Source of the DNA: a virus
Taxonomy: Duplodnaviria > Caudoviricetes
Strand: one strand, 5' to 3'
Length of the DNA: 43,586 nt
IMG/VR virus record: IMGVR_UViG_3300032373_001208
Span: 1-43,586 of that record
The position numbers and the translations under genes were made by a program. Of the stretch, positions 19,258 through 28,641 are shown piece after piece. Within the stretch, counting starts at the first letter, position 1; each line of letters opens with the position of its first letter. The notes beneath the pieces were generated by a model. The model ran no database searches, was not told the origin of the DNA, and worked only from the letters and a program-made list of their open reading frames with translations.

Positions 19258-20075
19258 AAGACTTCTATCAGATGAAGACTAAGCGGTCTTTTAAAACCAT
19301 CACGAATGGGGAAATGGATATCACCTTTTTGCTTGACCAGATAACAACGCCATGCTTCTGAAGCTGGCATAGCACACCACCAAAAAGGCTCATTTTTTTC
19401 AGTCACAAATTCACGAAAAGCATCAATACTGCTCCAAAGTTCATCATAGATACCATCCCATCTTGGTTTTGCTTCTATACGTAAAAAATTATTGATGTGC
19501 CACGTATTGCCTGCTGAATATTCAACCATTTCACCGTGTGATTTGTCAGGGTAGGTATCATAACCAAAGTTTAAATATGGCATTCTCAATGTCGAACCCA
19601 TAAATAAGAGTGGAACAACAACCGTAGCATTGGGCGGAAATCCTGTTAATTTTAAGGTGTATATGCTGCCTCGTGTATGAGGATCAATTATGAATAATGC
19701 TGACTCGTTTTTGGGAGCATAAAATTTTGTGTTGAGAATTTGAGTGGTATCAGCAAATAAAGATATAGCACCACTTTCAAAATGAAAACCTGCAGCATCA
19801 TGTCGACTTGCACCAATAATCAAAGCATCCACAGTATAACCAAGCAACGGCTCAAGTCCCCAACGGAAATTTCCCCAGCCTTTATCTCTAAAATCAGGTG
19901 TAAATTGAATATGCACTTCACCTGCGGCATCACATTCAAGCACAGCTGGCATATCAGGCGTTGGCTCAAAGGCATCATTGAGATTGCTGCCATATCGAAT
20001 GGTTCCAACAGTCACTGTTGCCTGCGCATTTTTAGCTAGATTTAACCAGCCTATAAGTGGGTTGTCGGTGGTCAT
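19254..20075 (-). CDS. distal tail (Dit-like) protein
   Basis: immediately after the tape measure gene; NPLIGWLN start and PFWW...LSLHLIEVL end. Confidence 0.55.
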   Translation of the reverse strand: MTTDNPLIGWLNLAKNAQATVTVGTIRYGSNLNDAFEPTPDMPAVLECDAAGEVHIQFTPDFRDKGWGNFRWGLEPLLGYTVDALIIGASRHDAAGFHFESGAISLFADTTQILNTKFYAPKNESALFIIDPHTRGSIYTLKLTGFPPNATVVVPLLFMGSTLRMPYLNFGYDTYPDKSHGEMVEYSAGNTWHINNFLRIEAKPRWDGIYDELWSSIDAFREFVTEKNEPFWWCAMPASEAWRCYLVKQKGDIHFPIRDGFKRPLSLHLIEVL

Positions 20076-22333
20076 GCTGTTAATCCCATACCATTTTCTT
20101 GCTGGTCCGTAATTTTTTTAGAAATTCGATCAGCTAAGGCATCTTCTGCATCTGGTGACATTGATCCATCCGATATAACCGTAATATTCCAATCGACAAT
20201 TGGTCTATCATTTTGATTGTTGGACTGACGCTGAGGCAAACCAGTGCCAGGATTTATCGGCGTTGTTGGTGTGCTTCCACCATTCCCTCCACCAGCTGAA
20301 ATAGTTGGCATAGTTACAGTGCCAGCGCCACCACCCATTTGGGTACCTGCAATTTTTGCATCATTAGCCATCGCCATTTTGCCAACGGCTAACGCCGCAG
20401 CGCCACCAAGAAAGGGGCCGATGATTGGAATGGGGGCAAGGGATGAGTATGCGCCCATAGCAGCCTTAAAACCATTGATAGCATTCTCAGCGCGCGCAGC
20501 TTTTTTCCCTATTTCAAATTGTTTTTTATTCTCACTGCCCATCAAGCCCGATAAAGCACCGAATGTGGATGCGGCAAATGCCATTTTTTGCTCACCAGTT
20601 GCTTTATCCAAGCTTTGGGTGGCCTTGGCATAAGTTTGGGCATTGCTCACCATGGCATTAAGGTTGACCAGTTGATTTTCACTGGTGAGCTGCTGGAACT
20701 GCCCTTTTAAATTGTAAGCGGCATTTTCACCATCCATCAACCGCTGCATGCGCGCTTCTGCATCGGCCATTTCAATTTCACCAATGGCATCGGCAGTTTC
20801 TTGAGCACGTGTGATGCGCAGGTCATCGTAATACATGCCCATGGTATCAAGCTGCTCTTTGCTTGCGCCCTGTGTTTCTGCAGCAGATATCATGCGCGCT
20901 TGCTCAGCATCGAGCATGGATAATTCTAAATCATTTTTAGCAAATAAGCGGGTGGATTCATCTTCAAAAGCCACGGCTCCAAGCGCTTGAATCTTTTCAA
21001 ATTTAGCACTGTGAATATCAATGACTTTCTGCGCATCTGCCGTGGCTTTGGCAGTGTTGGCATTGTTGCCTTTACCCTGTGTTTTGCCTTCTCCAGCGCT
21101 TGGAGCCAAAACATCTACAGGCGCATTGCGCCCTTTTTCTAAGGCATTAACGACCTTCTGTGTTTTGCTATTAATTTTTGCCCATGATTTCTCAGCGGCC
21201 ACGGAGTTATCAAGGAAAGTTTTTAAGCTTTCATTGCCTGTGGCTTTGATGCCTTCTTCCAAATAACCAATTTCTTTACGAAATGCCCTAACATCTTCCA
21301 AGTCGCTTTTTGCATCTTTCCCGATTGCACCAGGGATGTGTTGAACCGCACTCATGTATGCTTCATAGCCAGCTAACATGACGTCAAAGGCTTGAACGCC
21401 GACGAGAGCAACGGCATCAATACCGATGCGCACTGCATCGATAGGCATTTGCATAGCAACAAATCCTTTGGCAAATATCGCGGCACCAGTGGTGCCTACC
21501 TGCATGCTGGTGATTAATACATCGGAGATATCGCCTGCGAGTTCTTTTACGCCGGAACCATTATCAACAATCTCATCATGCAGCAAGTTTAAAACGTTAG
21601 TCATGGCTAGATAAGAACCATTGTCGGCGACTTCCGACCGCAAGCTAAAGAAGTCATTGCCAAGTCGACTAACAGCAGAGCCACCCCGTTTTGCCATAAG
21701 TTCTGCTGCTGGGGTAAACTCTTTAATCATTTTCTCAGATAACTTGGGCAGAAGGTCCGAGGCGAGAACTTCACCGTTATCTAGCATCTTGTTAAGTTCT
21801 TGAGTAGAGACACCCATAGCATCAGCCGCCATATTGAATGCCCCTGGTAATCGCTCACCAAGCTGCCCTCGAAGCTCTTCTGCTTGCACATTACCTTTGG
21901 ACATCATTTGCTCAAAAGCTTTAAGCATGCCTGTTGATTGTTCAGTTGTTAAATTTAATGCTTTGGATGCTAAGGCACTTGCTAACCAAACTTTTTGAGT
22001 CGCTTCGCCTTGCAACTCTGTGCCTTTGGATGCAGCTGTTAGTGAACCATAGTCATCAGCATTTTTTCGTATATTTAAGCCCAATAGTTCAGATTTTGTG
22101 GCCACAAAGTCTAATGATGCACCTGAATACTCCATTTTAGCGCGAAGACGGTCTGTTTCCATACCTACTTGAAAGATATCTGTGGCTAAAGCTGCTGTTG
22201 CAGCCATTGCAGCCGAAGTAGCAACGCCGATACCTGCCATGGTTGTTTCAGCAGCATCTTGGACTTGCCTAAATGCTTGTTCCGCATCTTTGGCATCACC
22301 AAGGATGGCAATTTTTACTTTTTCGTTAAGCAT
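20072..22333 (-). CDS. tail tape measure protein
   Basis: 753 aa, Ala-rich; QMMSKGNVQAEELRGQLGERLPGAF tape-measure motif; follows the tail assembly chaperones. Confidence 0.92.
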   Translation of the reverse strand: MLNEKVKIAILGDAKDAEQAFRQVQDAAETTMAGIGVATSAAMAATAALATDIFQVGMETDRLRAKMEYSGASLDFVATKSELLGLNIRKNADDYGSLTAASKGTELQGEATQKVWLASALASKALNLTTEQSTGMLKAFEQMMSKGNVQAEELRGQLGERLPGAFNMAADAMGVSTQELNKMLDNGEVLASDLLPKLSEKMIKEFTPAAELMAKRGGSAVSRLGNDFFSLRSEVADNGSYLAMTNVLNLLHDEIVDNGSGVKELAGDISDVLITSMQVGTTGAAIFAKGFVAMQMPIDAVRIGIDAVALVGVQAFDVMLAGYEAYMSAVQHIPGAIGKDAKSDLEDVRAFRKEIGYLEEGIKATGNESLKTFLDNSVAAEKSWAKINSKTQKVVNALEKGRNAPVDVLAPSAGEGKTQGKGNNANTAKATADAQKVIDIHSAKFEKIQALGAVAFEDESTRLFAKNDLELSMLDAEQARMISAAETQGASKEQLDTMGMYYDDLRITRAQETADAIGEIEMADAEARMQRLMDGENAAYNLKGQFQQLTSENQLVNLNAMVSNAQTYAKATQSLDKATGEQKMAFAASTFGALSGLMGSENKKQFEIGKKAARAENAINGFKAAMGAYSSLAPIPIIGPFLGGAAALAVGKMAMANDAKIAGTQMGGGAGTVTMPTISAGGGNGGSTPTTPINPGTGLPQRQSNNQNDRPIVDWNITVISDGSMSPDAEDALADRISKKITDQQENGMGLTA

Positions 22334-22569
22334 TGGTTGCGTACACCTTGTAAGATGTCCATGAGTTCAATAAACAAGGGTGGCTGATCTGACCAGCCAC
22401 CTGCCAGCGGCATCCGCATGGCACTGGGAAGGTTTTCATCAACGTAGCGATTCCAAGCACGAAAAACAGCATCATACTCAATTTGGAATACGACCGGGCA
22501 AGCATAGCTTGGTGGCGCATTCTCAATCCACTGCACTGGCTTAGGCTCAAAGCAACCACCATCTGGCAT
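22315..22569 (-). CDS. tail assembly chaperone T-part (expressed by -1 frameshift)
   Basis: MPLAGGWSDQP motif; open in the -1 frame back to the A_AAA_AAG site of the upstream gene. Confidence 0.75.
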   Translation of the reverse strand: MPDGGCFEPKPVQWIENAPPSYACPVVFQIEYDAVFRAWNRYVDENLPSAMRMPLAGGWSDQPPLFIELMDILQGVRNQCLTKK

Positions 22570-22991
22570 TAACCCTTTTTGACTTTTTGGGCAGTTTTGG
22601 CAGAGCTTGGTGCTGCTTCCTGCGAAGAAATTTCGCGCTGCTGCTTTAACTTTTTTAATGCTTCTTCATCCAATAAAACGGCTTCCATCACAATCGCTGC
22701 AATCACATAACACAGCTTTTCGGTTTCATCATCACGTGTATCGAGGGTGAATGACAACTCGCGTGGATTATAATCTTTGCCTTTAATCGTTAGCTCTGTG
22801 ATACACTCGCGCAAAGCATAGAGGGCAATCTTTATATGTGGTGCTGTTCCCACAAAACGCATGGCTTTCATTTCGCTGATATCATCAGGTAAGACATTGC
22901 CAAGCTTGAGGCTTACGCTATGTTTATTACCATAATCAGTTAGCATTTCAGTGAGAGTTGCATCTTTTCTATTTAACAATTTAAAGTTCAT
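22569..22991 (-). CDS. tail assembly chaperone (gpG-like)
   Basis: between tail tube and tape measure; LDEEALKK followed by the slippery heptamer. Confidence 0.75.
   Translation of the reverse strand: MNFKLLNRKDATLTEMLTDYGNKHSVSLKLGNVLPDDISEMKAMRFVGTAPHIKIALYALRECITELTIKGKDYNPRELSFTLDTRDDETEKLCYVIAAIVMEAVLLDEEALKKLKQQREISSQEAAPSSAKTAQKVKKG
22650..22656 (-). other. programmed -1 ribosomal frameshift site A_AAA_AAG
   Basis: codons TTA AAA AAG; the -1 frame reads VKAAARNFFAGSSTKLCQNCPKSQKGL into MPDGGCFEP without a stop. Confidence 0.8.
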
Positions 22992-23003
22992 ATGTTGCCC
23001 CTA

Positions 23004-23933
23004 TTAATCAATCAAAATTTGATACGCGCTGTCGCGGCCGCGAAGTGCAATCACACATTCATCATCGACAAGCGAGTTGTTCGCTTTTGATTTGAGCGAG
23101 GTGTATTGCCCTTGTGGCGCAGAAAAGGTAATGCGGTTGCCAGCAGCACCACTTTTGCTGGTAAATATAGCAAGGGTGCTTGCTAGCAACTTGCCATGGT
23201 CTGCTGCGAAGGTGAGCGATGCTTTGCTGAAGGTGATTGTTGGTTTTGGACGATCATCTGTGTGGACCTCTGTTTGCCCAATATAACGCGTTTGAGATGC
23301 GGAAAGGCTAGAATCAAAGGAAAAACTACCCACTGCAATAGATATTCCAGCCTCTGTAACCACATCAGAGGCCATGACATCAATCTTGTCTGATTGCTGG
23401 TATGCAAGCGTCGCTGGAAGCACTGCAGCAGGCTGGGGATCAGCATATGCCGCTAAAATGGTTACTTTTGCTGTGACTGAACCATCCATGTTTTGCTCAA
23501 AGGTAAATGCCGAAGCTTTGGCACCGACAAAATGATAAACAAGACCATTGTCATACCAATCAAAGGTTGCTGTTTTTCTTGCGCTTCCTCGCGCTGAAGT
23601 GGGCGAGATGAGTACACTTGTGTTCAGTGTGCTGACAAGATTATGATCAGCGCATGCAATCAGTGGGGCAAAATCTGGGATAATACCCAACCCACCGCCA
23701 GAACGCAGATAAAATGAAACCTCGAGTGACATGGTTTTGCCAATCACACTTGAAATACCATCGCCATAAGCTTGGGCTATTGATTTGTCTTCGCGCTCTA
23801 AATATTCTGGATTAAAGGCTGGCTTGGACATCAAACGAATGGCATGCAATGCAGGATTCAATACGACTGCGACACCAGGTGTAGCTTCTTCTGCGCCAAC
23901 CAGGGCATAATCTCTATCTGAATATCTTGGCAT
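23004..23933 (-). CDS. major tail tube protein
   Basis: 309 aa beta-rich protein; EEATPG N-terminal motif; between tail terminator and chaperones. Confidence 0.75.
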   Translation of the reverse strand: MPRYSDRDYALVGAEEATPGVAVVLNPALHAIRLMSKPAFNPEYLEREDKSIAQAYGDGISSVIGKTMSLEVSFYLRSGGGLGIIPDFAPLIACADHNLVSTLNTSVLISPTSARGSARKTATFDWYDNGLVYHFVGAKASAFTFEQNMDGSVTAKVTILAAYADPQPAAVLPATLAYQQSDKIDVMASDVVTEAGISIAVGSFSFDSSLSASQTRYIGQTEVHTDDRPKPTITFSKASLTFAADHGKLLASTLAIFTSKSGAAGNRITFSAPQGQYTSLKSKANNSLVDDECVIALRGRDSAYQILID

Positions 23934-23936
23934 GAC

Positions 23937-24107
23937 TTACTCCTTTACTGCCTTTGTTTCGGTTTGGGTTACTTCTTCGTTATCCGGTGCGCCAACTGGC
24001 TTGATGGCCTCTCGAATTTTTGCGGCGGGAACGCGTTTTTCTTCGATTTGCTCTGTGACCGCTGGTTTTTCAGAAACTTGTTTTGCTATTGTTTTTTTAG
24101 CTTGCAT
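23937..24107 (-). CDS. small hypothetical protein (56 aa, not in ORF track)
   Basis: MQAKKTIAKQVSEKPAVTEQ...; AAGGAG RBS; fills the gap in the tail operon. Confidence 0.55.
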   Translation of the reverse strand: MQAKKTIAKQVSEKPAVTEQIEEKRVPAAKIREAIKPVGAPDNEEVTQTETKAVKE

Positions 24108-24133
24108 GTCTTTCTCCTTGTTTATTCATCATC

Positions 24134-24595
24134 TTAATACGGCGCAGTGCGTTCAATTTGGAAGATAATCGTGAAAAAATGGAAGGGATGATTTACATTT
24201 TCATCACCTTGGCGATGCGTAATATTAAGATTGGTAGATAATCCACCCATGCGCCGATCAGACAGCAGCGCAAGCGCTACCAGCCGCTCAAATTCAGCGA
24301 TATGTTGAAGGTGGGTATCATCCAGCGTAGACGCTTTTTCAAAATAAAGACCCATATCCACCATATAATCTTCAACAAGATATGCAGGCTCTCCGGTATG
24401 GAGTTGTTTGACTTCTTTGGGGCCAAAAATAATGCTCGCAGATGGAAATCCTTGGCTTTTCACCACTTGGTTTTTACGATTACCCAGCAACACGGTGAGT
24501 GTTTTGCCAAAGGTGGCGGCTAACCACGCCGTGAGCGCAACATCAGTTTGAAGAATCGTGCGCATATAATTTTGCACATCGTATTGCGTACTCAT
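24134..24595 (-). CDS. putative tail terminator / completion protein
   Basis: size and position; FPSASI and LLSDRRMGG motifs. Confidence 0.6.
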   Translation of the reverse strand: MSTQYDVQNYMRTILQTDVALTAWLAATFGKTLTVLLGNRKNQVVKSQGFPSASIIFGPKEVKQLHTGEPAYLVEDYMVDMGLYFEKASTLDDTHLQHIAEFERLVALALLSDRRMGGLSTNLNITHRQGDENVNHPFHFFTIIFQIERTAPY

Positions 24596-25002
24596 ATTGA
24601 GATACCTGCCATCAACCCTTTTCTAAGCTCTAAAGAAATGGCGCGCATGCCTTCGCTGCGGGTCTGATTGATACCATCTTGGGCAAAAGGCCGCTTTTTG
24701 TGGATAGCGGCTGCATAACGCACTGTATTCACGAGATAAGCATCGCCTTGGCGGGCTGTGATACCATGTTTGCTTTTGCCTGGTAAAATATAATCTTGGG
24801 CGCGACGAAGCTGGCCTGTGCGCACTGGTACTGGATATGCACCAGCAGCCGATTTGCCGCTACCTGATAATAATCTGTGGGCGGATTTGTGTGCCATCAA
24901 CACCCATTTGCTCAAGCCACGATTCAAAGACTTTTGAATGCCTTTTTCATACCTTTTAAGTCGCTTGATGGTTGATTTCACATCGCTGATAACGCGAATC
25001 AT
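24592..25002 (-). CDS. neck protein (HK97 gp10-like)
   Basis: PVRTGQLRR...VRYAAAIH..RPF motifs. Confidence 0.7.
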   Translation of the reverse strand: MIRVISDVKSTIKRLKRYEKGIQKSLNRGLSKWVLMAHKSAHRLLSGSGKSAAGAYPVPVRTGQLRRAQDYILPGKSKHGITARQGDAYLVNTVRYAAAIHKKRPFAQDGINQTRSEGMRAISLELRKGLMAGISI

Positions 25003-25442
25003 AATGCCGCCTCAAAATGACTGGTAGACACTATACCCATTGCAGGTCCACTGCTTGCTTCTACTGCTGTGGCTTTAACAGCGGGAACTGCAGCGAATTC
25101 GGCTTGGGCCTTTTTCATATACGATTCATGGTTGGTTTTAAAACGCAAAAAGCCTTGGCCTTTATTATCACTGCCATCAAGCACAACATCACTTTCCTGC
25201 TTATTCATGCGCCGCAACCAAAGCTCAGCACTGGCAAGAAAACGCTCCGCTCTTTTGATGCGATTTTTGATGCCTGCATCAGCTGATGCATAGTTGGTAG
25301 CCCCTACGCGCTCAAGCACAATTAAGTTTTGCTCATCCAGTAATGCTTGGGCAAAAATAGGCCAACCAGCGCTATCTTCACCAAACTGGTCTGGTACAAA
25401 CCCTTCTTGGAGAAGTTCTGCGGGTGTGTTTAGCGAAACCAT
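24999..25442 (-). CDS. putative head-tail adaptor
   Basis: 147 aa helical protein at the start of the neck cluster; position-based call. Confidence 0.5.
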   Translation of the reverse strand: MVSLNTPAELLQEGFVPDQFGEDSAGWPIFAQALLDEQNLIVLERVGATNYASADAGIKNRIKRAERFLASAELWLRRMNKQESDVVLDGSDNKGQGFLRFKTNHESYMKKAQAEFAAVPAVKATAVEASSGPAMGIVSTSHFEAAL

Positions 25443-25753
25443 TACAGATTGCCGCCTGATTTATGGTTATTGATTCCGCGCTCAATTATCCTATCCAGCT
25501 TTTTATCCATCGCTTTGAGCTGATCACCAAACTGGTCACGAAAAGCAATGTTTGCTTCATGCTCTGCACTCATTTGCACCTCCATGATAGATATGCGTTT
25601 ATCTGCTGCTGAGTGTTGCGATATATTATCTGTATAAACGCCAATCATTGCGCCAACCAACAATATTGTGCTGAAGACATGGCTCCATGTGAATTTTGAA
25701 CCAAGATGCGTTGACTCAAGATGTGTAGGCATATGATTGCAATTTTCAGACAT
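25442..25753 (-). CDS. membrane-anchored coiled-coil protein in the lysis cluster
   Basis: one transmembrane helix and a MDKKLDRIIE coiled coil; TGATG overlap. Confidence 0.55.
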   Translation of the reverse strand: MSENCNHMPTHLESTHLGSKFTWSHVFSTILLVGAMIGVYTDNISQHSAADKRISIMEVQMSAEHEANIAFRDQFGDQLKAMDKKLDRIIERGINNHKSGGNL

Positions 25754-26199
25754 CACTTCGACTCCTGTTTTAAAGCTTGGTTGGCTGCATCCAAAGTGCT
25801 TTGCCAAAGCTTTTCTCTGGTTAAAAGCATGTTGTAGTTGTTGATGAGGTTGTTGAAATTGGCTTGATCCAAACCAATATAAATATTGGATTCAAAATCA
25901 ATGGCAGGCACAGCGCAATCTCGCGATAAATGTTCATTGAGCGTGGCAAAGGGATAAATGCTTTTACGATCCAAACCCATGGCTTTGGCCTCTTCAATGC
26001 AAACGCTGGTATTGGCGATAGTGGAGTAACCATTTAGTCGGGGCCAATCAAAAGAGATGGATGCTAAATTTTGTTTGGCTGGTGCAAAAAACTTGAAGCT
26101 GGGCTTAGCAACTTCAACTGGTGCGGTGAACACAGTTGGCGTGGATGCACAGCCAGACACCATGAAACTTAATAGAAATACGATTAATAACTTCATCAT
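25753..26199 (-). CDS. putative o-spanin (Rz1-like lipoprotein)
   Basis: lipobox VSGC; follows the i-spanin candidate. Confidence 0.6.
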   Translation of the reverse strand: MMKLLIVFLLSFMVSGCASTPTVFTAPVEVAKPSFKFFAPAKQNLASISFDWPRLNGYSTIANTSVCIEEAKAMGLDRKSIYPFATLNEHLSRDCAVPAIDFESNIYIGLDQANFNNLINNYNMLLTREKLWQSTLDAANQALKQESK

Positions 26200-26582
26200 T
26201 GCACCCACTCCGCATGCTTTTTATCACCGGATGCATTGATGATGGCCAATACCCGCTCGGCATGGCGCGACTCGCGCAAACCCTGCCAATTGCGGGTGGC
26301 ATTTTTTGTTTGTACGGCTTGCAGTGACTGATTCATGTTGGCATTTTGCTCTGCCAATGTTGCCAATGAACCCACGAAATCATTCATGCTATGGGTGTTA
26401 TTTAATAGCTGAGTACGCAATGAGGTGTTGGCTGCTAGGGCGGCATCTTTTGCTGCACGCTCTTCTGACACCTTCGCAGCATTGGATGCTGCTTCTGCTT
26501 TGTAGTAAAACAAACCAGCCGCAAGACCTGCCATGATGAGCAAGTATCCACCTAGAATATAAAGTTTAAATTTGTTAAACAT
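26196..26582 (-). CDS. putative i-spanin (Rz-like)
   Basis: N-terminal transmembrane helix and Ala-rich coiled coil after the endolysin and holin. Confidence 0.65.
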   Translation of the reverse strand: MFNKFKLYILGGYLLIMAGLAAGLFYYKAEAASNAAKVSEERAAKDAALAANTSLRTQLLNNTHSMNDFVGSLATLAEQNANMNQSLQAVQTKNATRNWQGLRESRHAERVLAIINASGDKKHAEWVQ

Positions 26583-26796
26583 CGGATTTGCCCCGCCACG
26601 CTTTGATAATCCCCTTAATTTCAAACAACATCTTGTCGCCAAACAGCAATGCGGCGAACATGAACGCCAACGCCCAAAAAGCGTATTCCACAAGCACGGC
26701 ATCAGGCTTGGGCGCAGCGGCAAGGGTCAAACAAACATAGGTGATGGCTAAAGCCATGGTGCGCGTGACCAGTTTATGTTTTTCGATGAGGTCCAT
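26575..26796 (-). CDS. putative holin
   Basis: 73 aa (MDLIEKHK...), two transmembrane helices, basic C-terminus, immediately after the endolysin. Confidence 0.6.
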   Translation of the reverse strand: MDLIEKHKLVTRTMALAITYVCLTLAAAPKPDAVLVEYAFWALAFMFAALLFGDKMLFEIKGIIKAWRGKSDV

Positions 26797-26797
26797 A

Positions 26798-27196
26798 TCA
26801 GCCCTGCTCCACAATTTCAAAATGTGGTAGATCAAAGAAGGTTTGGTCGTTGAAAATGTTGTCGCTATCCCAATCGCCACCCCAACGAATTTCGATGCCC
26901 ATTTGTGAAGCAATGCCTTTGACCACGCCTGCAAAGTAATAAAAGCGATCTTTGTCATTCCAATTGATTGGGTAAGGTGCAGCATCCACAGCCATCGATG
27001 GTGATGCATTGTGTTTACTATGTGGAAACTCAACCTTTGAGCGCCCTGTGCGGAAAAGCTCGGTTTGCTCAGCTTCGTCGCGCTCACCACACAAAATGCT
27101 GCAGTCAACATGCTTCACCACTTCATTGAACAAACGCTGAAGGTTTGGGTGGCAGCCTTTTAATCGCTGTGCTGATGATGTTCCAAATGCTGGCAT
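26798..27196 (-). CDS. endolysin, M15-family L-Ala-D-Glu peptidase
   Basis: SKH...AVD, IRWGGDW and DLPHFE zinc-peptidase motifs (T5 endolysin-like); AGGAG RBS. Confidence 0.9.
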   Translation of the reverse strand: MPAFGTSSAQRLKGCHPNLQRLFNEVVKHVDCSILCGERDEAEQTELFRTGRSKVEFPHSKHNASPSMAVDAAPYPINWNDKDRFYYFAGVVKGIASQMGIEIRWGGDWDSDNIFNDQTFFDLPHFEIVEQG

Positions 27197-27273
27197 GGCG
27201 GCTCCTGTGGTTTTTTGGCTTTTGAAAGCAAGGGGCGTGGGAGGAGGCATGCAACCACACCACTTGCTTACAA

Positions 27274-27307
27274 AAACCAGAGGGGAATCTGTTCAACCCC
27301 TCTGGCT
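27274..27307 (-). terminator. intrinsic terminator after the major capsid gene
   Basis: CCAGAGGGG-11nt-CCCCTCTGG stem followed by T5 on the minus strand. Confidence 0.7.
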
Positions 27308-27325
27308 GAGTTCTTTTGCTTTGGC

Positions 27326-28276
27326 TTATGCCAAGGCGATACGACGTACTTGCCCAGAATCACCAATCACTGCATTGTGTTTGCCGCGATAATCGTATTC
27401 TGTGCCACGCACTTTGCTGCTGCGCGAAGCTTCAACATTAAGTGCTTCCCACTCAGCAGATTGCAAGGTGTGACCTGGCAAGATGAGGTATGTAGCATCC
27501 ACTTTTCGAGAGATGATGATTTCATCAATATCAGTCATCACTTGATTGTTATTGGTGTTTGGATTTTCAAAGCGTGATGCCAAGGCTTTGGCGACCGCGC
27601 CACCGTTGATACGGTTGTTGGTTAATATTTTCATAGTGGCGCCTTCATCTACTGAAAGCTTGTCGCCCACTGCTGTTAAAATACTGTCTGCAGCCGTATC
27701 AATTGTTTTCTCAACTGTTGTTGAAAATGCTGTATTAATACCAGCACCCAAAGCAGTGAACAAACCATAATGATTGCTTGCTTCAGTGTGCGCATATTTG
27801 CGCAATACATCTGCAAACAACTTATCAATTTTGTAGAATTGGTTGAAACGCAACCAATCATCAAGGATGGCTAAACCAGCACCATATTGAAGAAACCCAA
27901 CGGATGTTTTGTTTGAAGTGATGCGGCGTGTTTTTGATGGCTGATTTGGTTCAAGCTGCTCAAACATCACGCCATTGGAGACATCCAATGCTTCAAATGT
28001 TGTGGAGGTTGAACTTGTTAAATCAATATGATCAAACAAACGACGAAAACCAAAATCAGGCATACCAACTTCACCAGTAGATGTTGTCACCAAGGCGACA
28101 TCAGGCTTACCAGCTAGATTAGGGTCAGCTGCATTTTGGATTAAAAACCCATTTTGACGCATGTTTGCATAATGAATGTTTACTGCATCAATGAATTGTT
28201 CAAAGGCTTTCTGATTGCCAGAGAACGCACCATCTAATGCAGCTTTTGCAATATTTATATGTTTTTTAGTTGTCAT
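27326..28276 (-). CDS. major capsid protein
   Basis: 316 aa after the protease and cement genes; QYGAGLAILDDWLRFNQF HK97-fold-like segment; followed by a terminator. Confidence 0.75.
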   Translation of the reverse strand: MTTKKHINIAKAALDGAFSGNQKAFEQFIDAVNIHYANMRQNGFLIQNAADPNLAGKPDVALVTTSTGEVGMPDFGFRRLFDHIDLTSSTSTTFEALDVSNGVMFEQLEPNQPSKTRRITSNKTSVGFLQYGAGLAILDDWLRFNQFYKIDKLFADVLRKYAHTEASNHYGLFTALGAGINTAFSTTVEKTIDTAADSILTAVGDKLSVDEGATMKILTNNRINGGAVAKALASRFENPNTNNNQVMTDIDEIIISRKVDATYLILPGHTLQSAEWEALNVEASRSSKVRGTEYDYRGKHNAVIGDSGQVRRIALA

Positions 28277-28285
28277 ATCATTCCC

Positions 28286-28630
28286 CTACAGGTTCACTTC
28301 ATTGGTTAATAAAATTTGTGCTACAGCCACTGCGATTGCTGCATCTTCAGTGAAGACACCGCACTTGGTATTGCCTAGGGCAACATTGGTAAATAATGCT
28401 GCGGTGTTATCCCAATAGGCTGTTTCACCGGCTAAAATGGTGACAGCTGCAGAAGGCGCTTCGATGTTTCCTTCAAATAGCCAAATGTTGTCGGCATTTG
28501 CTAAGGTGTCGTTTAGACCAATAAGCACGCGTCCACGCAGCAATAAAATCGTTAATGCTGCGACAGCTGCGGTGTGAGCAAATCGAATGGTGTGGCCTTG
28601 TAGGCCTGATGTTTTTGTTGCTAAAGCCAT
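28286..28630 (-). CDS. capsid cement/decoration protein (DUF2190-like)
   Basis: 114 aa; AGETAYWD...TN...GNTKCG motif. Confidence 0.75.
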   Translation of the reverse strand: MALATKTSGLQGHTIRFAHTAAVAALTILLLRGRVLIGLNDTLANADNIWLFEGNIEAPSAAVTILAGETAYWDNTAALFTNVALGNTKCGVFTEDAAIAVAVAQILLTNEVNL

Positions 28631-28641
28631 AATATTCTCCC

